This document shows positions 56,501-63,101 of a DNA stretch of 63,101 nucleotides, piece by piece. The notes under the pieces are model-generated. The model saw only the letters and a program-made list of their open reading frames with translations. It had not been told where the DNA came from and made no database searches. The translations under genes and the position numbers were made by a program. Source of the DNA: Actinomycetota bacterium (lineage in GTDB: Bacteria > Actinomycetota > Actinomycetes > Nanopelagicales > Nanopelagicaceae); contig WLDB01000001.1 of assembly GCA_009705035.1 (NCBI GenBank), forward strand, positions 1 to 63,101. The letters run 5' to 3'. Position 1 is the stretch's first letter, and each line of letters starts with the position of its first letter.

Positions 56501-57811
56501 ATGACTTTAAAGCTATCGGTAATTGGTTGTGGCTATCTTGGTGCAACCCACGCAGCATGTATGTCTTCACTTGGCTTTGAGGTCGTTGGCATAGATACCG
56601 ACCCCGAAAAAGTTGCCCTGCTTTCAAGCGGTGTGTTGCCTTTCTATGAACCAGGCCTGGACACGCTTCTTGCTGATGAGATGAAGACTGGGCGCCTCTC
56701 ATTCACGACAGATTTCGCGGCGGTCGCCGATGCCGATGTGCACTTTATTTGCGTCGGTACTCCGCAGAGCAAAGATGGCCTCGCTGCAGATTTAACATAT
56801 GTGAAATCATCAGTGGCTGCAATCGCACCATACCTAAAGGATGGATCACTTGTTGTTGGTAAATCAACTGTTCCGGTTGGTACAGCAGAGGCTTTGCGCG
56901 CACAATTGGCAGAGAGCGCACCACAGTCAGATTTAGCTTGGAATCCAGAGTTCCTGCGCGAAGGTTTTGCAGTAGAAGATACACTCACTCCAAATCGACT
57001 TGTCGTAGGTGTTGCAAATGACCGCGCAGAAGATATTCTCAAAGAGGTTTATCAGCCAGTAATTGCGCTAGGAACACCTTGGATTCGCGCAGATTTACCA
57101 ACTGCAGAGTTAGTAAAGGTTGCGGCAAATTCATTCCTTGCTACAAAAATCTCTTTCATCAACGCAATGGCTGAAGTATGTGAAGCCGCTGGTGGCGACG
57201 TAACTGTTCTTGCTAAGGCAATTGGATATGACCCACGTATCGGTAGCCGCTTCTTGCAAGCAGGTATTGGTTTTGGTGGTGGATGTTTGCCGAAAGATAT
57301 TCGTGCCTTTATGGCGCGCGCCCAGGAACTTGGAGCAGATCAAGCTCTTGAATTCTTACGTGAGATAGACAATATCAACTTACGCGCACGTCAACGTGTT
57401 ATTGATGTGGTTCGTGCAGATCTCTCTGAAGACCTTACTCAATATAAAATTGCTGTACTTGGCGCAACATTTAAACCAGATAGTGATGATGTGCGCGACT
57501 CTCCAGCACTTGATATCGCTGCACAGCTACAAGCAGCGGGTGCGCAAGTTGTTGTTCATGATCCAAAGGGAATCGAACCTGCGCGAAAGCGTTTTCCAAA
57601 TTTGGACTATGCCGAAAAGGTTGTTGATGCCGTAAAGGGCGCGGATGCCATCTTGCATCTGACTGAATGGAAGGAATATCGCGAGCTAGATCCATCTGTT
57701 ATTGGGCAGCTAGTAAAGCAAAAATTCCTTATCGATGGACGCAATGCACTGGATCGCAATCTCTGGCGAAATGCTGGGTGGCGCGTTCATGCCTTGGGCC
57801 GTACGGATTAA
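56501..57811 (+). CDS. ugd: UDP-glucose 6-dehydrogenase
   Basis: GCGYLG, CVGTP, KSTVPVGT, NPEFLREG, GFGGGCLPKD, FKPDSDDVR. Confidence 0.95.
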   Translation: MTLKLSVIGCGYLGATHAACMSSLGFEVVGIDTDPEKVALLSSGVLPFYEPGLDTLLADEMKTGRLSFTTDFAAVADADVHFICVGTPQSKDGLAADLTYVKSSVAAIAPYLKDGSLVVGKSTVPVGTAEALRAQLAESAPQSDLAWNPEFLREGFAVEDTLTPNRLVVGVANDRAEDILKEVYQPVIALGTPWIRADLPTAELVKVAANSFLATKISFINAMAEVCEAAGGDVTVLAKAIGYDPRIGSRFLQAGIGFGGGCLPKDIRAFMARAQELGADQALEFLREIDNINLRARQRVIDVVRADLSEDLTQYKIAVLGATFKPDSDDVRDSPALDIAAQLQAAGAQVVVHDPKGIEPARKRFPNLDYAEKVVDAVKGADAILHLTEWKEYRELDPSVIGQLVKQKFLIDGRNALDRNLWRNAGWRVHALGRTD

Positions 57812-57826
57812 TTCAACTTTATTTTT

Positions 57827-58339
57827 CTAGAAGCCGGTCTTATTATTTCGACGAGCGTTTAGTTGGGCGCCTTTAGCTTTTGCCTCATCTGAAATTGTTG
57901 CTAATTGTGCTTCAACTCGCTTTGCCACAGATGCATCAGCTGAACCAATAATGCGCGCTGCGAGGATTCCGGCATTCTTAGCGCCATCAATACTGACGGT
58001 TGCCACTGGAACACCAGCAGGCATTTGCACGATAGAGAGTAATGAATCCATGCCGTCGAGATTCTTTAATGAGATCGGGACACCGATCACAGGAAGAGTT
58101 GTGAGTGATGCGACCATTCCGGGTAAATGTGCTGCTCCACCTGCGCCGGCAATAATTACTTTGTAGCCTTTGGATGCTGCGCTCTTTGCAAAATCAAACA
58201 TCTCTTCAGGCATGCGATGAGCCGATACAACATCGGCAGAATATGAAATTTCGAAAGTATCGAGAGCTTTTGCGGCTTCTTCCATAATTGGCCAATCAGA
58301 GTCTGATCCCATGATGATGGCAACATCTTTACTCATCAA
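57827..58339 (-). CDS. purE: N5-CAIR mutase
   Basis: [37 protein letters not shown]. Confidence 0.97.
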   Translation of the reverse strand: MMSKDVAIIMGSDSDWPIMEEAAKALDTFEISYSADVVSAHRMPEEMFDFAKSAASKGYKVIIAGAGGAAHLPGMVASLTTLPVIGVPISLKNLDGMDSLLSIVQMPAGVPVATVSIDGAKNAGILAARIIGSADASVAKRVEAQLATISDEAKAKGAQLNARRNNKTGF

Positions 58340-59441
58340 TAACTCCGCTCATGTAGTCACGTGCATGTTCAACCTCGTGGAGTAAGTGTAGAAGGTCATT
58401 ACCGCAGGCGGTGACATGCCCAATCTTGCGCCCAGGCCGCACATCCTTTTTATACTGATGAAAGTGCAAGCTTGGATTTCGCGCCATGAGATGCAAATAA
58501 GGGCGATACATATCGGTCTTTTCGCCGCCGAGGATATTGCCCATCACGGCATATGCATGGTTCATTGCTGGACTTCCCAATGGAAGATCTAATATTGCAC
58601 GAAGATGTTGTTCGAATTGAGATGTCTCAGCGCCCTCAATCGACCAGTGCCCTGAATTATGCGGACGCATGGCTAGCTCATTTACATAAATGTTTTCGCC
58701 CTTTACAAACATCTCGACCGCCATGACTCCGACTACGCCAACTTCTTGCGCAATTTCCAGAGCCATCTGCTGGGCGCGCTCTGCAACGCTACTTGAAATC
58801 TTCTGAGCTGGAGTAATTGTCAAAATACAGATGCCATCTTGTTGCACAGTCTCTACTGGTGCCCACGACGTTGCCTGTCCATGAGGTGATCGAGCAACCA
58901 TTACGGCAATCTCGCAATCAAATTCGACTAGCTCTTCGATAAGCAGGGGTGAACAAGTCTTAAGAATTTCTTGCAACTCTTGCGTAGTCCTAACTTTCCA
59001 GACCCCGCGACCATCGTATCCACCACTAATCGCCTTAGCGATGACTGGGAATTTTGTGATTGATGAGGGCTCCGAAATTATCTGAAACTCTGGCGCTGGA
59101 AATTTATTTAATTTCTTGCGCATCTCTGCCTTATCTTGCGAAAAAATAAATGCGTGGGAAGGTGGATATACCTTTACTCCGGCAGCTTCTAAACCTCTAA
59201 TTATTGAGAGTGGCACCAACTCATGCTCGAAGGTCACGACATCGCACTGTTGTGCGAAATTCATTACTTGGGCGAGATTGGTGTAATCACCAACTACATG
59301 ACTGGCAACTTGTGCACCAGAATCGTTAGCATCTTGTGCAAATAGAAGAAGATCTACGCCGAGTGCCGTCGCTGGAGCGACCATCATGCGAGCTAGTTGT
59401 CCTGCTCCAATGACTCCTACCTTAGGAAATGGCTTTGACAC
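58329..59441 (-). CDS. purK: N5-CAIR synthase
   Basis: [37 protein letters not shown]. Confidence 0.97.
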   Translation of the reverse strand: MSKPFPKVGVIGAGQLARMMVAPATALGVDLLLFAQDANDSGAQVASHVVGDYTNLAQVMNFAQQCDVVTFEHELVPLSIIRGLEAAGVKVYPPSHAFIFSQDKAEMRKKLNKFPAPEFQIISEPSSITKFPVIAKAISGGYDGRGVWKVRTTQELQEILKTCSPLLIEELVEFDCEIAVMVARSPHGQATSWAPVETVQQDGICILTITPAQKISSSVAERAQQMALEIAQEVGVVGVMAVEMFVKGENIYVNELAMRPHNSGHWSIEGAETSQFEQHLRAILDLPLGSPAMNHAYAVMGNILGGEKTDMYRPYLHLMARNPSLHFHQYKKDVRPGRKIGHVTACGNDLLHLLHEVEHARDYMSGVIDE

Positions 59442-59445
59442 TCCC

Positions 59446-60213
59446 CTATCGTAGATGAACTACATCGCCTACGGTAACGGCTTCTCCGCTTTCGAGTAGA
59501 AGCTCGCCCGCATCGCTGACTCCGATCGCTTTAGATCTAATGATTTTTCCACCAGGCAGGGTTACTTCAACGTCGGCATTGATAGTCGCTGATGCCTCTT
59601 TGTATTCAGAAATAAAGCTTTTCCCAAGTTCCCATATCTGAAGGTTTACCTCGAAGTGATTAAGGATTGCTCCCAAAATTACATTTCGATCTAATTCGAC
59701 CCCACCTTCGATTGCCAGAGATGTTGCAGTTGGCACGGGAAGCTCTGATTGGTTCATACCAACATTTATTCCGATACCAATCACAACTCCCTTATCGGTT
59801 GCTTGCGCAATGATTCCTGCACATTTCTTTTCATTAATTAACAAATCATTTGGCCACTTAATATCTATACGAATTTTGCTCTCAAGTGACGCGATTGCCT
59901 CTCGCACACTCAGTGCTGTTAGAAGAGTTAAGAATGACCACTCTGATTTATCAACTTTTGGTTCGATGTACAGTGAAAAAGTTAGCGCTGACATTGGGGC
60001 TGCTTCGAAATTTCGATCAAGTCGACCACGACCAGCACTCTGATATTCACTTACGATTACACGCTTTGAAAGTGCCTGATTGCTACTTACGAGTTGTAAA
60101 AGGTCGACCTGAGTAGATTCGGTGATATCAACCACGCTTACTCGCCAGTACTGCGAAATTTCTGCGGATATGCGTTTGGGATCTAGTGGCGCTCTTGGCG
60201 CATCAGTACTCAT
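59446..60213 (-). CDS. birA: Biotin--protein ligase (no DNA-binding domain)
   Basis: EYQSAGRGRLDR, KWPNDL, KCAGI, IGIGINV, VGDVVHLR; start MSTDAP. Confidence 0.93.
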   Translation of the reverse strand: MSTDAPRAPLDPKRISAEISQYWRVSVVDITESTQVDLLQLVSSNQALSKRVIVSEYQSAGRGRLDRNFEAAPMSALTFSLYIEPKVDKSEWSFLTLLTALSVREAIASLESKIRIDIKWPNDLLINEKKCAGIIAQATDKGVVIGIGINVGMNQSELPVPTATSLAIEGGVELDRNVILGAILNHFEVNLQIWELGKSFISEYKEASATINADVEVTLPGGKIIRSKAIGVSDAGELLLESGEAVTVGDVVHLR

Positions 60214-60219
60214 GGCTAG

Positions 60220-60226
60220 TACCTTA
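60220..60226. promoter_or_regulatory. Overlapping bidirectional leaderless -10 elements for birA and accD
   Basis: TACCTT(+)-N6-ATG60232 and TAAGGT(-)-N7-ATG60213. Confidence 0.6.
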
Positions 60227-60231
60227 TGCAC

Positions 60232-61803
60232 ATGAGCAACAATCTGCACACTACTTCAGGAAAAATAAATGACCTTCGTGATCGTATAGATGAAGCAGTT
60301 CATGCAGGCTCCGCTCGCGCGACTGAGAAGCAGCACGCCAAGGGCAAGAAAACCGCTCGCGAACGTATCGAGATGTTGGTAGATCCCGATTCTTTTACTG
60401 AAATCGATGAATTCGCCCGCCACCATGCCACTAATTTCGGAATGGAGCAGAACCGCCCTTATGGCGATGGTGTTGTGATTGGAACAGCTACCGTCGATGG
60501 TCGGCCAATTGCGCTTTACTCACAAGATTTCACAGTCTTTGGTGGCTCACTCGGTGAAGTTCACGCCGACAAGATTGTAAAAATTGCGGACTTCGCTCTC
60601 AAGTCAGGGATTCCACTTATTGGTATCAACGACTCTGGTGGAGCCCGAATTCAAGAAGGTGTTGCATCCCTTAATGGCTACGGGAAAATTTTTAGACTAA
60701 ATACACGTTCTTCTGGTGTTATCCCGCAGATCTCGCTGATTCTTGGTCCATGCGCTGGCGGTTCTGCCTACTCTCCCGCACTAACCGACTTCACTGTAAT
60801 GGTGAAGGAGACATCAAATATGTTTATTACCGGTCCAGATGTCATCAAAACGGTAACGGGTGAAGATGTTGGCATGGAAGAGCTAGGCGGAGCCCTTACT
60901 CATAACACCAAATCTGGAAATGCTCACTACATGGCAGATTCAGAGGCGGATGCAATTGACTATGTAAAGGCGCTTCTCTCTTATCTACCTTCAAATAATA
61001 TGGATGGTTCTCCTGTGTTGCCCCCAACACAGACGCTTGATAAGAAGGCAAGTGATACCGCACTCAACACTCTGATCCCGGATAGCCCAAACCAGCCGTA
61101 TGACATGAAGGCACTTATTCAGGCAATCGTTGATGAAGGCGAATTCTTAGAGGTGCACTCTTTATATGCACCGAATATTGTTGTTGGATTTGCGCGAATC
61201 GAAGGTCAATCAATTGGAATAATCGCCAATCAGCCATCTCAGCTTGCTGGAACCCTTGATATCAACTCATCCGAAAAGGCTGCCCGCTTCTTGCGCTTCT
61301 GTGATGCCTTTAATATTCCTATCCTTACGCTCGTTGATGTCCCTGGATTTATGCCCGGAATCGAACAAGAGTGGAACGGAATCATCCGTCGCGGTGCGAA
61401 GTTGCTCTATGCATATGCCGAAGCCTCTGTTCCGCTCGTTACATTGATTACGCGCAAGGCTTACGGCGGAGCGTTTATTGTGATGGGATCTAAATACCTT
61501 GGCAGCGATATCAACTTCGCCTGGCCTACTGCCGAAATTGCCGTGATGGGTGCACAAGGCGCAGTCAATATTCTCTATCGTAAAGAGCTCGCAGGCTCTG
61601 ATAATGTTGAAGCAAAACGAGCTGAACTTATTACTGATTACACTGAAAAATTCTCTAACCCGTATTTGGCTGCAGAGCGCGGAACAATTGATAGCGTTAT
61701 TGAGCCAGAGGATTCACGGCAATACATCACGAAGGCATTTAGAACTCTGAAAACTAAGCGCGATGTCTTGCCTGCCCGCAAACATGGAAACATCCCACTG
61801 TAG
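60232..61803 (+). CDS. Acyl-CoA carboxylase beta subunit (AccD5/PccB)
   Basis: [45 protein letters not shown]. Confidence 0.95.
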   Translation: MSNNLHTTSGKINDLRDRIDEAVHAGSARATEKQHAKGKKTARERIEMLVDPDSFTEIDEFARHHATNFGMEQNRPYGDGVVIGTATVDGRPIALYSQDFTVFGGSLGEVHADKIVKIADFALKSGIPLIGINDSGGARIQEGVASLNGYGKIFRLNTRSSGVIPQISLILGPCAGGSAYSPALTDFTVMVKETSNMFITGPDVIKTVTGEDVGMEELGGALTHNTKSGNAHYMADSEADAIDYVKALLSYLPSNNMDGSPVLPPTQTLDKKASDTALNTLIPDSPNQPYDMKALIQAIVDEGEFLEVHSLYAPNIVVGFARIEGQSIGIIANQPSQLAGTLDINSSEKAARFLRFCDAFNIPILTLVDVPGFMPGIEQEWNGIIRRGAKLLYAYAEASVPLVTLITRKAYGGAFIVMGSKYLGSDINFAWPTAEIAVMGAQGAVNILYRKELAGSDNVEAKRAELITDYTEKFSNPYLAAERGTIDSVIEPEDSRQYITKAFRTLKTKRDVLPARKHGNIPL

Positions 61804-61805
61804 AT

Positions 61806-61988
61806 ATGAAATTTACAATTACTTCTGGCAACCCAACAGATGAAGAGCGAATTGCGCTTCAAGCAGTATTAAAAAATCATAAAGCTGTTGAGTTAAAGCC
61901 AGTGATTAAACGGAGTGTCTTTGGGCTACCTCAGCTACGTCAACCGCTCCCCCACCAGATCACCTTTGGCGCTAGGAGATTTGAATAG
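61806..61988 (+). CDS. Acyl-CoA carboxylase epsilon subunit
   Basis: ITSGNPTDEE.IAL..VL motif; position between accD and maf. Confidence 0.8.
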   Translation: MKFTITSGNPTDEERIALQAVLKNHKAVELKPVIKRSVFGLPQLRQPLPHQITFGARRFE

Positions 61989-62593
61989 TGCCGCGCATAG
62001 TTTTAGCTTCACAATCGACATCGCGCCGTCGTCTCTTGGAGAGCGCTGGATTGAATCCAACAATTGTGGTTAGCCATGTTGACGAAGAGACTGATTTTTT
62101 TATGGCAATGACCCCCGCCGATATGGTGATTGCTCTCGCAATCGCCAAAGCTCATACCGTTCGCGAAAGCATTAATTACCCTGCAATCATTATTGGTTGT
62201 GATTCAACTTTTGATGTAGACGGCATCTCTTTTGGAAAACCAGAAACTCCTGAGGTTGCAATCGAAAGAGCGCACCAGATTAGCGGGCGCTCGGGATGGC
62301 TTCATACTGGCCATTGCATTATTGATACCGAAAAAGGTATCGAAATTGCAGATCGTGTTACGACAAAAGTTACCTTTGACGTCATGAATGAAGAGGAAAT
62401 CACTGACTATGTTGCCTCAGGAGAACCTCTAAAGGTTGCCGGTGGTTTTACTCTCGATGGTTTTGGTTCACCATTTATCCCGGTCATTGAAGGTGACTAC
62501 ACAAATGTGGTTGGAATTTCGATGCCGTTTCTTCGTCGCTCCATAAAAGAACTTGGTTACACCTGGCCAGAACTTAAGAAGATGGGCGCCTAA
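61988..62593 (+). CDS. maf: Maf nucleotide pyrophosphatase
   Basis: VLASQS..RR.LL, KA..V, GCDS, GKP, GEPL.VAGGF.LDG, NVVG. Confidence 0.93.
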   Translation: MPRIVLASQSTSRRRLLESAGLNPTIVVSHVDEETDFFMAMTPADMVIALAIAKAHTVRESINYPAIIIGCDSTFDVDGISFGKPETPEVAIERAHQISGRSGWLHTGHCIIDTEKGIEIADRVTTKVTFDVMNEEEITDYVASGEPLKVAGGFTLDGFGSPFIPVIEGDYTNVVGISMPFLRRSIKELGYTWPELKKMGA

Positions 62594-63101
62594 TGAAGAG
62601 AGTACTGATTGCTAATCGCGGTGAGATTGCCCTGCGTGTAATTCGAGCCTGCCGTGACCATGGCCTTGAATCTGTGGCGATTTACTCGGAAGAAGATCGC
62701 GATGCCCTGCATACAAGAAATGCAGATTTTGCTTTCTCGCTCGATGGCATAACCGCAAAAGATACCTATCTCAATATTCCAAAAATCATTGCTTTGGCTA
62801 AAGTCTCCGGCGCTGATGCAATTCACCCCGGATATGGCTTTCTCTCAGAAAATGCTGACTTTGCACAAGCAGTTTTAGATGCGAAGTTAATCTGGATTGG
62901 TCCATCACCTGCAGCAATTAGTGCGCTGGGCGATAAGGTTTCGGCACGTCGTATCGCCTCTGCCGCAGGAGCACCACTTGTTGCAGGCACTAAAGATCCA
63001 GTAAATGATGCTGATGAAATCGTCGCCTTTGCACGCGAACATGGATTGCCCGTAGCGATTAAAGCGGCTTTCGGTGGCGGCGGTCGCGGACTTAAAGTTG
63101 C
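62593..63101 (+). CDS. Acyl-CoA carboxylase alpha subunit (biotin carboxylase/BCCP, AccA3-like), runs off the window edge
   Basis: Manual translation [20 protein letters not shown]...[10 protein letters not shown]...[11 protein letters not shown]; not in the ORF track. Confidence 0.95.
   Translation, partial: MKRVLIANRGEIALRVIRACRDHGLESVAIYSEEDRDALHTRNADFAFSLDGITAKDTYLNIPKIIALAKVSGADAIHPGYGFLSENADFAQAVLDAKLIWIGPSPAAISALGDKVSARRIASAAGAPLVAGTKDPVNDADEIVAFAREHGLPVAIKAAFGGGGRGLKV

Overview
This window is a densely packed, streamlined actinobacterial chromosome segment. Gene content, the whiB/mtrAB/pdtaS/mshB/Rv3235 markers, moderate GC and minimal intergenic space suggest a freshwater acI lineage ('Ca. 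Planktophila'/Nanopelagicales); this assignment is inference. Most of it is conserved actinobacterial core synteny: whiB1-pdtaS; secA-comF-mtrBA-ahcY-pmm-whiB2; manC-dapC-fdxA-mshB; moeZ-DEAD-mrp-tatB-htrA; dapD; a wall-glycan export cluster; and purEK-birA-accD-maf-accA. There is one tRNA-Arg(CCG). No CRISPR array, IS, prophage or rRNA was seen. The most notable items are: (1) an accessory cluster at 1-3774 of paralogous exported proteins with a shared 'ST[LF]AA' signal end and Pro/Ser/Thr-rich tracts, downstream of an O-antigen-ligase/O-OTase-like gene, a candidate glycosylated surface-fibre system; (2) a CysRS carrying an extra N-terminal SH3-like domain, next to mshB; (3) a stand-alone sigma-70 region-4 microprotein in a locus that lacks sigE/rseA; (4) a short, non-actinobacterial-type AhcY with a structured ~90-nt leader; (5) a PhoP-like two-component system with a TCACA direct-repeat box in front of a divergent secreted helical protein; (6) pervasive leaderless promoters, including overlapping bidirectional -10 boxes; (7) recurrent short tandem duplications at gene ends. 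All family calls are by motif recognition without database searches.
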